Counted from the first letter of the stretch, positions 13,095 to 26,694 are shown. The stretch is DNA of 64,000 bases from Paragordius varius (GCA_964247055.1 OZ176051.1:4650001-4714000), one strand, 5' to 3'. Numbers and translations are program-made. Notes: a model not told the origin generated them from the sequence alone.

Positions 13095-13462
13095 TTAACC
13101 AATAAAATTTAAAACAACCAGATGGAGCAGTACATGGGCAAAAATAAAATCTGCGACCGCCCTTTCGGGTGTTATGTTGTTAAATTCCAGCTTGTTTTCA
13201 GGATTTAATTGCATCCTTAAACATACTAAAAAATATACATATATTTACCTCCCAATACAAAAGAAGCAATTGTTGAGATAAAACCAGCTAAAAACGAATT
13301 AAAAGGAAACGTTCCAACAATGCAGCAGTATATGAACTGAATAATTCCAACAAACATAACACATAATAAGTAAGAATCAATTAATTTAAGTTTTCTTGAA
13401 GTATTTGTTTTGTATTCATCAAAAGCCTTAAAAAGGACAGTAGAAGTAGAGGCTTGAGACAT
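13095..13462 (-). CDS. DAD1: DAD1/OST2 oligosaccharyltransferase subunit, 114 aa; exons 13462-13249 and 13225-13095
   Basis: KLKLIDSYL...[22 protein letters not shown]...[14 protein letters not shown]...[24 protein letters not shown]. Confidence 0.97.
13226..13248 (-). other. 23-nt spliceosomal intron (the only intron in the DAD1 CDS)
   Basis: GTAAATATATGTATATTTTTTAG, phase 1; removal gives VLG-V-CLRMQ. Without splicing a stop truncates the conserved C-terminal helix. Confidence 0.93.
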
Positions 13463-14059
13463 CTCCACACGTGTATTATATTTAGAGTACCACCGAAAAT
13501 ATCAAACACTCAATTTACCACCTGATTAGTATTTTATATGGGGCTCTTTTTTGTCTTAATTGCTTAAGCTTGTAATTCAATACAATATCAAAAGGTTTAA
13601 AATAATTATTAAGAATATATACACAAATAATAAAAAAATCATGATAATTTATTTTCCCATTGCAACAATTGATATTTGAATATTTTAGTTTACTTTTTGG
13701 AATAGATCCTATAGATTAAAATTTGTGAAAATTACTAAAATTATTATAAAATATGGTTACCAAACATTAAATTTTTATAAATAATCTAGAGAGTGTATCC
13801 ACTAAAAAATAACCTGATTGAAATATATTTTTTGTGATAGAAAAATTCAGTATTATTATCATGATGATTTTGGCTTTGGTCCTTACGAGTATAGGAAGAT
13901 TTACACCTTTGTGTATATTCTTAATTATTTTAATTAGATGTAAACTCTGAGCATTATTTTTCGTTCTTCTTAAATGTGCTACTTTTAAAATAAACGCAAA
14001 ATGCATAGTTTTTTCAAAAATTATGCATTTTGCGTTTTTATTTCTTGCGAACTTCCTAT

Positions 14060-15340
14060 TTAACATTTCAATTAAAAATGGGGTACCTATACTCCAGATA
14101 AATGTAGATAAATATTTTAAAAAAATTACTAAAGGAAACGGTCCCAATTTAAATTTTTCTATCCTGATAAAAATTATATAAATAAGGCAAAATATCTAAA
14201 TAAAATTTAATATTGAAAAAAAAAGTTCCATGTCAGACTACTTCGACGCCATTTATATTTAACAAAATTTGTGTAAAATACCGTGTTCATTTAACACTTG
14301 GATACAACACATTCATTATAGTCCTTCGATTCAAATTGGGGAAGTTGGATATCCCAAAAAAAATTAAAAAATATGGAAGGAATCAAAACCATGGCAAAAT
14401 TTTGCACTTATATAGATTAATAAACCGAAATATCTAAAAAATTTTATTCGAAAATACTTGATATTACTTATTTTAAGCTAAAACTCCTAGGTAAAAATTT
14501 AGTCAACGTGGCATGTGTGCAATGGTAAAATTAAAAAATAAGAAAAAATAAACCGCTTTTTCTATTTCTATCAATATTAGATGTAACTTAAATAAAAAAG
14601 CTTAAATTTTACCATTTGAATGAAGACGATATTTTGCAAAAATTCTGTAAAATAAAAATGGCTTCGAAATAGTTTGACATGGAACTTTTTTTTTAAACAA
14701 TTTTATTTGGATATTTTGGCAGATTTATATAATTTTTTTAGGATAGAAGCATAAATTTAAATTGAGCTCGTTTCCTTCAGTAGTTTTATTAAAATCCTAA
14801 CTCAAATTTAGTCTGGGGTATTTACATACCCCAATTTAAATCGAAGTGTTAAAACAAAATTTTATTTAGATATTTTGGCATATTATATAATTTTTATCAG
14901 TATAGAAGCATAAATTTAAAGTGGGAGCGTTTCCTTCAGTAGAGTTTTATAAATCCTAACTTAAATTTAGTCTGGGGTGATTAGATACTCCCATTCGAAT
15001 CGAAGTGTTAAAGGTAAAATTAAGCTAATTTATTATTTAATATCTAACATTGGTAGAAATCGAAAAAATGGGTTTATTGTGTATTATTTTTCAATTAGCC
15101 AATGCACACATGTTACGTTGACAAAATTTTTACCTTTAAGTTTCACATCAAAATAAGTAATATCAAATATTTTTTAATAAAATTTTTTATGTATTTCGGT
15201 ATAATGTAATATAAGTGCAAAATTTTGTCATGGTCCGATCAATTCCATCTTATTCAAAGTATTCAATTTTAAACAGGCCTGGGGTATCCAACTACCCAAT
15301 TTGAATCGAAGAACTGAAATGTCTTATGTCCAAGTGTTAA
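14060..15340. mobile_element. Cluster of TTAA-flanked MITE copies (full copy 14295-14848 plus partial and inverted copies)
   Basis: Repeated TTAACACTTGGATAC and ATCGAAGTGTTAA termini with homologous bodies in both orientations. Confidence 0.75.
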
Positions 15341-16439
15341 TCATAATGAATGCAGTTTAAAACGCTTTAAAATATCTTGAAAACACTTTTCAACATAATT
15401 TAATGATCCTAAACATCTCCCTCACCTCAGAATTTCAATTAAAATATTCGTTAATATTCAAATTTGTGTCTATAAATGGTGATCTTATATGAAAATTCAT
15501 CGAAATAAAATAAACGAACCTTTAAAATAGAATTGAATCGATAGAAATGTTCAACATCCTTAAATTACGTAGAAAAGGTGTTTTTATAATAACTAAAAGC
15601 GTTTTCACACCGTATCAATCATGTCTTAGAATAGAATATGGTTCAACAAAATTTTGCTAAAAAGTAAATTTTTGTTAAAAGTATGCATTTTTTTAAAAAA
15701 ATATATTTTGATGTCGAATTTTAGCATATATTTAAAAATTTAAGGCGCAATCCATCCCGGCGTTTTTGCGTTAATTTAAAAAACCATTTAGAAGAGCAAA
15801 AAATTAGAGACTTTCAAAGCCCACATCTAAAGCTAAAATATTAAATATATTGTTTTGCTTTTTATAGGTAGTTTATAAATTTTGATGATATTTTCAGATG
15901 AAACATAATGTGCTCAGATTTTGCCTTTTTCTGATATGGACACTTACCATAAATGTGCAAATAACTTTCTCATATCACTCGTAAAGACCAAAACCAAAAA
16001 CACCATGAGAATTTTGATACATTTTCCTATCGGAATAAAATTTCATCAGGTTATTTTTTATACCCCCCGATTTTAGACGCAGTTATGATTCATAAACATT
16101 ATTTTGTGCGCATCGTGCATAGTTTGTCCATTACTCAAAAGATGTTATCGACGAATTTTGTTATGGAGAGTTACCTTATTTTTAATTACAATTATAATAA
16201 AACAAGCGGAGAAATTTTTTCTGGTTTTTAAACAAATTAATGACTATTTTCGCACGGATGCAAATTACCTAAAAATGGTTTGTTTTAATTTTTTAGTTTT
16301 AATACTACAATGAAAGACTTTTATTTTTTGGTGGTATTTACCTCATATTTAAAACAATTTATTTTATTAATGGCTAACATATTAATTAATTTTTATTTTC
16401 ATTAATATATTGTTGGTTTTATAACTATCAAATGATATG

Positions 16440-17360
16440 ACACCGCACTTTAATTTTTATGGATTTAATTAAAAATTGTAAGAATTCGTTCATCAACATC
16501 GCCGAGGCCCACTCAGGGCGCCTCATGCTACCTCAAGAGCATAGATTTACATATCTAGAGTACAGCAAAAATAAAAAAACCGCATTAAAAACAACATTAA
16601 AAATTTACACTGGTCAACAAGGTTTTGCACCACCCCATTATTTTTGCATTTTCTGATACCTTATGGCATGGAAAGGCCAAAACAAAAAAGAAAATTGAGG
16701 CCACCAATAAAACTTTTCCGAAATTTAATTTTTAAATTTGTATTTAATTTAAAAATAACAATCATTCCTCGTGTACATATGTTTAAATACTCAAACGAAC
16801 AAGTCGATAAGTAATATTCCATGCATGAATAACAAAATTCTAGGCATTAAATAAGATACTGAACAAGCTAAGAGCCAAAGTATTAAAAATCTAAAAGGAG
16901 CTTATGTATAGTGTGATAGATCCGGGCGGCTGCACAAGCTCTGCATATCCCCCAAGCGATCCAATTATGCCAGATATGGCAAAGATAACAATAAGTAATC
17001 GTAAAGCCCGATAAGAGAGACTTGCAAGCAAAATCCAGCCAAATTGACATGTCAAATTAACCAATTCACAGAATAAAGTTAGATTAATTCTACAATTAAA
17101 TTGAATAAAAAGATTAGGTAAATACAAATGGGCCAATCCCATAATAGTTAATTCTACTAAAGTGGCTACACAACATCCATCTGAAATTAAAAATACAAAA
17201 TAACCAATAATTTTAAAAAATAAAGTATATCCACTAGGTATAAATAAGGGATTTTTCGTAAGAAACAACTCAAGAAAAAAAGCCTAATAAGTACTCGAAA
17301 GGACGAAAACTAACAAAAAAATATAGCCTATCTAAAAGCCGAAGGTTTAAACCATAGAAT
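16440..17360 (-). pseudogene. Degenerate intronless multi-pass membrane protein, possibly a rhodopsin-class GPCR fossil
   Basis: Successive hydrophobic segments across frameshifts: DGCCVATLVELTIMGLAHLYLP, LLIVIFAISGIIGSLG, KVLLVASIFFFVLAFPCHK, NVVFNAVFLFLLYSRY. Family assignment is by eye only. Confidence 0.3.
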
Positions 17361-18445
17361 GCCTTTTTTAGTATTTTTTTAAAAATATTTTATACGTATT
17401 AAAAATTCACTTGAAAGAAAAAGACTAAATTTTGACGTTTAAGTCCGTACTATTTTTTTCTCTCTGATATTTAAATGACATATTTATATTCAAAAGATAG
17501 AGTTTAAAACGCTTTATTATATGATGTTAAGTTTAAATATAATAACATTTTATTATAAAGTTATATTTAATTTTCTCTCGATTTTCTCTTGTTTTTGAAA
17601 AATTGAAAAACCTATAATATTTCAAAATTCTGATTGGCGGGATCAAAAATTTTTTCACATTCGGTTTTAAAACACTGAAATTAGTCATAATTTAAAAGTT
17701 TGAGTGGTGGTGCTCAAAAATGTCCAAATTTGTCGACTAGTGTTATCAATCAAACGCATCAAATTTAAATTGCGTAATTGGGTAATTCCTAACCTTGCTC
17801 TTTCTTATATTATTTTTTTTCATGATCAAATTTTCTTTTGTTTATTATTAGTTTATCGTTTTAGACACATGTGCTGTTTAAGAATAACACAATATCCGCA
17901 GCACTTGACATTAGCTTTTCACTAATGTATCAATATTATTTAATTTTTTTCTCCAATATAAATTATATTTCATAAAAAATATTTATTTTATTTTTTTATA
18001 CAAATACACGGTTTTTATGGGGAAGTGTGATTGATTATATGTAAATTTATATATATAATATATATAAAGAATTGATAGTGACCAGAATATTACCATGTTT
18101 GGTATGTTATGGATGGATTTAGAATAATACCTAATATAATTTACATAGTTTTTTATTGCGAGTCAATAAAAATATGAATTTTAATATCTTATTTTATGAC
18201 TGCTGACTATAAAAGGTGAGTGTGACATATAATTGGCATAAAAATAAAAAAAAGTAATAAAAAATCAAAAAAAATTGTTTTAAAAAAATTCTTATAATGT
18301 TACCATTTGATTAGATTATAAAATAAATATTTACTTACACAAAATTATATATCAATATCAATTGCATTGTTCAGCACCGATCAATAGGTTTTATGTATCC
18401 GATAAAATTAAGTATAATTTTATTTAACAACTCAAATTGCTCATA

Positions 18446-18614
18446 CAGTAGCGTATGGAGTAAACCAATATTAGTCCATAGAAGAATAAAAAAAGGTTTT
18501 TGTAAAAAAACAATCCTAGTTATAAATACACATATCTATAATATCCCCTTGTTTTTTTTAAAAAAAAAATTTTTTATTCTTCTATGAACTAATAATGTCT
18601 TACTCCATACACTG
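18446..18614. mobile_element. Short Tc1/mariner-type MITE
   Basis: TA-CAGTAGCGTATGGAGTA ... TACTCCATACACTG-TA imperfect terminal inverted repeats. Confidence 0.45.
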
Positions 18615-18671
18615 TATAAAAAAAAGAGACAAAGATACTATTTTTATAGTTTCAACTGATTTTCCAATCAA

Positions 18672-18931
18672 TCAGTCACTATCGTCATTATTAAAATTAT
18701 TGTTGGAGTTAGAGTTGTTATAAAGCGAAGATAACGTCGTAGAAGTTAAACCAAAATTTTTGATAGAGGGAGTTGACCTGGTCGTGTCAGTATCCCTTGC
18801 CTCACCACCACTACCCGAGGAGCCACCCCGTGTGACTGCTGGACTTAAAACGGTTCGACCCCTAGCCCGTGCATTAGTTAAAACGTCAGCATATTTTTCT
18901 TCGATGTAATCGGCATATTTTTTGAGTAAAT
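18672..18931 (-). CDS. Orphan terminal coding exon, probably an alternative last exon of the nhl-1-like gene
   Basis: AG acceptor at 18933-18932, phase 1; reads DLLKKYADYIEEKYADVLTNARARGRTVLSP...NNNFNNDDSD*. GC content is elevated and the phase matches the donor at 23644. Confidence 0.6.
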
Positions 18932-19489
18932 CTATTTATGTATGTGGTGAATTTGATGAATTTTTTACTAAAATTATTAGACATTAATTTATTAATAGAT
19001 TTAGTTAGTTCAATTCAGTTTTACTTTAGAAAGAAAAAAAGGACAGAGCCAAAAATGTACTACTGTGTGACAATAGAGGTGGTAAGGTAAGGGATATACG
19101 TAAGTAAGTTAAGAAAAGTCCAATAATCAATTAAATAAATGAAAATACTAACCTATTTAATATATACATTAAACATTGATAGCAAATTTAAATTTATTGG
19201 TGTCAATATCAAAGTAAAAAAACTTTCCATTTGATAATGCGTTTTTAGTTATATCAAGTAATTACACATAATAGTATTTGAGGTGAAAATAACTACAACA
19301 TTCGAAAAAATGCTTATGCACAAATAATTAATTTACTATAACACTATTCAAATGCTCTTTTACAATTTGCTAGCAAAATTAAAAAGCACAATAAATTTTG
19401 TGAAATTATAAAAATAATCAAGAAATTATAATAATAATTAAATTAATCGAATGAATGCTTGCGTATTTGTTAGAAAAAAAAATTAGTAT

Positions 19490-22400
19490 CTAAAAAAATT
19501 GGATTCGATTGTTCATAAAATCTGACACGGCAAACAGATCCTTGCGAAAAAAATTATTCGATGCTTTCGTTTTCGCAAAAGAGTCATAGTTTTCGTTTTC
19601 ATTGACATGGTCTGCGTCTAAATTTTCAATCATCAAACTATCTTTGGGTAGAACCATATTTGTCATCGATAATGGTATGGATATACATGAATCAAAATGG
19701 TAGGGGGGTGTGAAATCGCAATCAATGGATCTCTTACAATTGATGTCTTGCCACGTTTGAACACTATTTTCATTCGATATGAGCGATATGAGTTGTATAG
19801 GTCTTGCATCAGGTGTCATTTGTATTAGCCGATAATTCCCAGAATCGAGCAAAACAACACCATCGGTAAATGCATGGCGCGACACACTGGTGGGATAATT
19901 TAACTTTTCCATCACCATGTTAGAGGATGGTACTTTATTCACATTACTATTTAAACCATTAAAAACGACATCTGGCAATGAAGATGGCAGAGTGTGTGGA
20001 ATATAATCTAAGCATGCTATTTTATTCCCATTTTTGTCAAACAACTTAAGTGAATGATCTCCAATATCCGTTACATAAACTATGGCAGTTTGCGGAGAAA
20101 CGTATATTCGATATGGGGCAGTTAAATTGTTATGGCCCCATTTACCAGTTAAAATACCTTCTGGTGTAAAGACCTGTATACGACGATTAAATTTATCGGC
20201 AACATAGAAATTGCCAGATGCGTCAAACGCGACTCCACTGGGATGATCAAATTTACCAGGGGCGGTACCCTTTTCTTTACCGCCAATATGAGCCAAATAT
20301 TTCAATTTTGAATCTAACATCATTATCTTATGATTCTCGGTATCAGCCACAATTAGCTGTTGGTGAGGGCCTACCGCCACATCAGACGGTTTGTTCAATT
20401 GATCATTGGCACTCCCGAAATTGCCATAACTTCTGACGGGAGATAGAGCAACATTGAAATTCGCATTGAGTTTATCAAGGGGTTGAGCTTGTAGTTTTAA
20501 CATTCTTATCTTGTTATTACCCTTGTCGGCTAGGAAAATGTGTTGGCCGTTTGGACTAACATCCATACCCATAGGTTTTTTAAACGATAACTTGTGCTGA
20601 TTGATGCGGTGCTTAGGCAAGTTAATTTTCGAAGATGGATTGACTTTTATTATGAGTTGTGCACTAATTCCATTCTCAAACATGGAGGAACGGGCAATTT
20701 TTGTACCACCATTGAACCAGGGAGCACATTCATCGATACTGTTGTTTGGAGAAGTGTTCAACATTTGCTTAGGATGAGATCCATTAGTTACGACATCGTT
20801 TTGGCACTGCTTAATAGGTTGAATTAAATCATGAGGTAAAATTTGTGTTTGTTGTTGCGTAGGCCTCACCATAAGAGATTGAGGTATGGGCGGTAAAGAT
20901 CCCTTTTTCCCCTTTTTGATCATGATGGGGGACTGTAGTAATGAATGGAAAATATTTGCAGCATTCTTTGGGGGGAGAGAAGAACCATCATTTTCTTTCC
21001 CACCTTTAAGTATTTTGTTATGATCCACTGATAAAAATGAAGCTACTGGTTGATGAGCCACCTTAAGTGCCGATGTATTCCCTTCATCTATATAGGTTAT
21101 TTCATAATTATCATTACCACCGTACTCACTGTATAATTCATTCGCAAAAATAGGTGATTGATTTTGTTGAGAAGATAAGGCTGAAGCAAAAGAATTTGCT
21201 TCCTCAGAATCGTCTAAAAAATTATCCGAATTTGCCAAACTTTCTTGGAAACTGCTATCATGTGCTAAGGATGAGTCCAAATCTTCCGTAAATTTGTCAA
21301 TATCTTTTTGAAGATTGGATATCTTGTTCAAATATGCCTTTATTTGGGATTCAAATAATTCATCATACATTTCATTAGATTTTGGTTGTTTTTTAATAAT
21401 CCCATCCGTTGATGGAGTTTCTTTCATTTTTCGGTTATTTGGTGGTGGTTTTTGTGATGAAGTGCCAATGTTTAATGAATCAATTTTATGTGCGTTATTA
21501 CTATTACTGCCATTCGTGGAAGTAATTGCTTTGACAGAGTTTCCATTTAAATCATATTCACCACCTTTTTGTTTAATATTATTATTATTATTATCGACAT
21601 ATTTGTTTTTCCTATTATTGTTGATACTGTTTTTATTATCTACTAAACCTTTTTCTTCTATGCGTGTAACATCATTTTCGTTTTTAAGGTCATTAGATGA
21701 GGATAAGGTAGTAGCCATTTCGTACAGACTTCCATTACCATTACCTGCCCTCTGTTCAGTTTGTTGTGATGATGAAAAGTTTGGGTATTGGATAGATCTC
21801 AATTTTTCGATGCGTTCACGGATAGGGATATATTTACAATTACTTTCATTCGCGTTCCCATCGGGTGAATAAATGGCCACAGATGCCAAATTCATGAGTA
21901 ATTCGTTTCGTCGTTTGAATCGTTGTAAGGTATTAAATTTATTTTTGATTGATTCCGTTATTAATTTTGAATCTTCGGCCAACAGCAATGGTTTATCAAT
22001 GATGGAATACGCTTTTGAAGCTGGCACCTTATTTTCATTTTTCTTATTATTATCGTTGTTATCAATGTTTTTTGTACTCTTACTCTTAATATTATCATTT
22101 TTAATGCTATTTAAGTTATTATTTGTATCATTGTAGACGCCAAAATTATCATCATTCATATCATCTTCCGCCACGCAATTATTTCTGCTGTTACATTGTG
22201 ATCTTTGTTTTTTCAATTCAACACGCATTTTTATAGGCAAGTTTTGTAAGTATTCAATGCTGCTTGCTGCATTAATTCCATCAGGCGTGGTATTTTTATG
22301 GGTTGGCGATTCGTTTCTATTGTAGCTCTTGTTCTTGTTCTCGAGTGTATACAATCTCCGGCTCCCACGAGCCGAATAATTTGTTAAAAAACGGTTTATG

Positions 22401-25400
22401 TCATCGTTCAATTGATCACGCGATTTTTCGGTCAAAGTTCGTTTTTTCTCCAACTCCATATGTTTTTCAGCACGAGTTTTAATTTCCCCATCGTCAATAA
22501 GCCAAGACTTCCACCAATGATCCCCTGGGGGTTGAACAGCATATTCATTGCCTTCACGTCTACCATCCAGTGCATTAAGAGCTGGGGCGTTGTCAGTTTT
22601 GCTTCTTTGATAAATATTTTTCTTTTTCTTGTCGAATCGCTTACCAGGAGATTCTCGATTTAAATTCGTTTTTTCCGGGCTGGATCTTGCGTCAGACTGA
22701 TCCTTATTTGCAAATTCTCCGTTATATGGAAAATAAGAGTTATCTTTCGCTGTCGACATAGGCTTAATATCTGTTACCAAGTTACTATTGGCATTGTTTC
22801 CAAATTTATAATTGCTCAGTACATCATATCTAGTCGTTGTGGGTAGCTGCGTAGAATCATCATACGGTCTTAAATTTAGCGAAGTTTTACTCCGATACAT
22901 CCCATATGCCGAAGCAGGTCTTTCATGAGTGGGCCTGTATTCATATCGAATGCGGGACCGATAATCGGTTCCTGTACCTCCATATTTACTACTATTATTA
23001 TTGCTATAGTCTTTGAAATAGTTGGATGTGGAGATAGGCTTATAGTCTGAGGAAACCTCATACCTACCTAAATTGAGGATCAAAAAGTGAACAGATTCAA
23101 ATTTACGTATATCCCAAACATGACCACCAATTTTACAGTGTTAAGGAAAAATATTAATATTTTATAACCATTTTGATAACATTTAAATATTAAATCTTAA
23201 AAAATTTGATAAAATACTAAAATTTAAATTTCATTTATGATGAGATTTTAAGTATATTATTGGATTGAAAAATAATTACAAACCGCATGTTTACCTCCAA
23301 ATATTTTCTTAAAATATATCGCGTTATTAAGATTTAAAAAAATTTTATTTGTAAAAAAAGTTATGATTTTCAATTAAAGTTAAAAATCTGGAATTTAAAT
23401 TACAAAATGTTTACTTAAAAAATATAATTTCAAAATTCTACATAATATGGTTAAACCCAATACTTAAAAAAAGTTAAATGAAATTATTTATTGAAAAACA
23501 AAGAGGTATTATTTATGCCCATTTCATGCCTCCTCGCATGTTTTTTGCCTTTTTTCCTTGTTAAATTTGTTTGTTGATTATACAATAATTATTTTTACAA
23601 TTCATTTTTTGTTTTTACTGTATTTGGATAAGTTAATTAAAAACCTGTTCTCCAATTCTTGTTTGAAGAGTGATTGCTTGTATAGGATGGCACCTCATTG
23701 CTAAGGTAACCAGCGAAAATATCATCTTGTTTATTTCGACTGCTAATTAAGGATGATGAAGGAGTTTCATAATTGGCCGAAGTGCTAGTATCGTAAGATG
23801 ATCTGGGCCGTGCTGAGGTGTTGAGTGTAGAACCTGGGTGTAGAAATCTGCTACGAAAACCCGTACTAGTTCCACCCGACCCACCAATCGAAGAAGTATT
23901 TATGGAAGATTTTGGTTTGGAAATACCATTGTCTTCATCGAGGTTTGTAGCGTCATCATCTTCAAATGAATAGGAACGTAACCAAGATGGTTTATTAGTG
24001 GTAGAATTTGTTGAACCATTTTTAGATGTAATTGAACCAGTATGAACTACGCTCCTCACATGCAATTCCCCAAAGGTTAATATGTTCGATCTAAGCATAT
24101 TGTTATCGGCTATAAATTTCATGCGTTTGTAACTTTCAACCGCTTCAACATTCATATCACGTATGTGATCCAAGTATGAAGAAATCTGTTGTTTTAGGGC
24201 CACCAAATCCTCCTCGGTTAAAGTTACAGTATTTTGGTCTGAAGTATTGTTTGTTGAGGATGGATCCATGGTTGAATTTATGTTAGAGGTCGCGTTTGAG
24301 CTTATAATTTCATGAGTCACATCTTTGATATCTCCTTCATCATCTGTATTGTCATGGTCTAAAAAATTTTCCACTACGGGATCGGTTGAGGTTTGTATTC
24401 TAGTGTCCACCGTTTGTGTATTGGAGACAGATTGATCAGTTATTGGGATTCCCGATTGGTTTAAGCGATCGGTTGTTTGCTGGCAATAATTTATAATTTC
24501 CTCTTTTTCATTGCTTAAGTGACTTTGCCTTTCAGTCATTTTGCGAATTTCACTTTCCATCAAATTATCAACTTCATCAAAGAGGACACGTTCACGATTA
24601 TTTAATTCCCTGATGCACCTATCAATTTCCATTTTTATTTCGTTTTTAACAAAATTAAAATTATTTTTCATGTTAGCCAATTTTTGTTCAATAACATTAA
24701 TAGTTTCCTCTAATTTAGGGACGTTTCGCTGTGTGTTTGCGAGTAAGCGCATAACTTCCCGATTGAGTTGTTCCATATGCGATTCCTTACATTCCCGACA
24801 TATTTTCCTGTCACAATGCAAGCATTTAACCAACTCCGTATTTTCATTACATATAGCGCAAGGTTCAAGTTTCGCAAATCTATATTGTTGTGGCGCCTGG
24901 GATGCAGATTGTGACGAACTGGCCAAATTTGTTTCATTTGCCGTTAAGGCAGATAAGGATGCTGCTGTATTGGCTTCATCGGTTGCGTAAGCCCCAAATG
25001 TTTTTTCCCTAAGCGCTGCGGCACTTTGTAATAGGGCATTTTGTTGTTGCAATAACATTAAATTATTATTACCGTTTTTGGCTTCTTCGACGGCTATGAC
25101 GGATGGTAATTCCAAAAAACTTAGGATTGTCAAATTATTGGGGAACGTTTCAACGCCCTTGTAAGGCAAAATATTTTCAGTCCGACATTCAGCACATTTA
25201 ACGATTCGCTTGTAGTAATCCGCCATATTCTCCAAGCATTCCAAGCAATACGTATGTTGACACGGCAACAGTTTGGGTTGACGATAGCGATCCAAACAGA
25301 TTGGACAAGTCAACAATTTTTCCAGTTGATTAAAGGGAAACTGATTTATTTTTTTGTCAGACTCCTCATCTTTGTTTGGTTGAGCACCACCTACATTTGG

Positions 25401-25505
25401 GTCAGACGGTAATTGATTTACAATGGTGTTACCTTCAACATTGTTTGCATTAGATGATTGTGGGGAATTGGTGTTTTTATCTTTAGTTACTGTTGTAGAT
25501 GACAT
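19490..25505 (-). CDS. TRIM-NHL protein (RING, B-box, coiled coil, long Asn/Ser-rich linker, NHL repeats), nhl-1-like, about 1812 aa; exons 25505-23645 and 23067-19490
   Basis: CPICLDRYRQPKLLPCQHTYCLEC...CAECR RING; CAICNENTELVKCLHCDRKICRECKESH B-box; KPSDVAV...IVADTENHKI and FDHPSGVAFDASGNFYVADKFNRRIQVF NHL repeats. A phase-1 GT-AG intron (23068-23644) joins the two listed ORFs. Confidence 0.9.
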
Positions 25506-26491
25506 AACTATTTTGACCAAATTGTACCCAAACGAACAAACTACCGGGCGACGTACGCAAAAGCGAATTTAAAAATTTTCCACGAATTTTGATCCTTAAT
25601 CCTCTTAATGCAGGAGAAAAAAGTGAAAATAGGAATGCATATATTAATATCAATTTAAAATATGTATGTATAATATTAGATAATGGTAAATATTGAAGAA
25701 TTCAATGTAATATCGATACCGTCTTCCTATTATCTTACAACATCTGCCGTTTTTTCTAATTATAAAAATATTTGCTTTTTGTTAAAAACAAACAGATAAA
25801 TTTACATGAAAACTTTGAATGACGTATATCGCTCCATCATCGTACCGAGCTTTTTTTTACTATTTTTTATGCTACTAAAAATAATCGATAATTTTAGGAT
25901 GATGTCTATGTTAAATTTTAATAAAAAAGTTAGTTTCTGCCTCTAATATATTTATTGGTCACAGTCAGTATCTTGTGATTAATCACATTTTTAATGATTT
26001 AAATGATGCGAAAGTTTAATGCCTGATCAAACTTTAATATTGAAAATCAAATAAGTATCATATGAGAATATATATTTTGGTGTCAAAACATTTTTCACTA
26101 ATACAGTCCAACATGTGGCCCTCTGAAATATTTCTGCAGCCGACGACAAAGCTAAATGCCAAAAATGAAAAAATTTGCAATTAAAAGGATATTCCATTTA
26201 CAAAATCTAAGTCAGTGGTACTCAAACCGCGGCCCGCGGGCCACATGCGGCGCTAAGAGTGCTTTAAAATTGCCCTGAATATTGATACTTAAATTATTTT
26301 TTATTTAAATACACATAACCGAATTTTCGCTTATTTTAATATTATAATGGTAATGACGGATTGGTTATGTTTTGTAATAACAGTTGTTAAAATCCGTAAT
26401 ATAATGAATGATAAAGGATAATTAAATACAATTAAATGAAATTATAAATAGAAATTATAAACGATATGTGAAACCCTTCGTCAATAGTAAT

Positions 26492-26530
26492 CGCAGACTA
26501 GTTTCGTGCTTGTTAGCACTCATCAGTACG
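26492..26530 (-). ncRNA. Minimal type I hammerhead ribozyme
   Basis: Exact reverse complement of the core at 4291-4329. Confidence 0.9.
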
Positions 26531-26660
26531 ACACAACTATTTGACTTGGAGTTTTCACATATCGATTTCGTATATATATCCAACTTTGCAATTTTGGTAT
26601 AAATGCAGTTGGTTATACGAATTTAAATTAAATTTAAAGTAATTTATGAAAATTAAACTG

Positions 26661-26694
26661 TGATGAGTGCTAACAAGCACGAAACTAGTCTGCG
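26661..26694 (+). ncRNA. 5'-truncated hammerhead core at the inversion junction
   Basis: UGAUGAGUGCUAACAAGCACGAAACUAGUCUGCG, lacking the first C of CUGAUGA and the 5' strand of stem I. Confidence 0.75.

Noticed and set aside
13767-14437. 126-aa and 74-aa ORFs near the MITE cluster
   Set aside because: They are K/I/F/N-biased translations of AT-rich repeat and palindromic sequence, with no recognisable domain.
20218-24990. Plus-strand ORFs (20218, 20594, 21315, 21873, 22412, 24541) and other short listed ORFs overlapping identified genes
   Set aside because: They are antisense or off-frame shadows of real coding exons.
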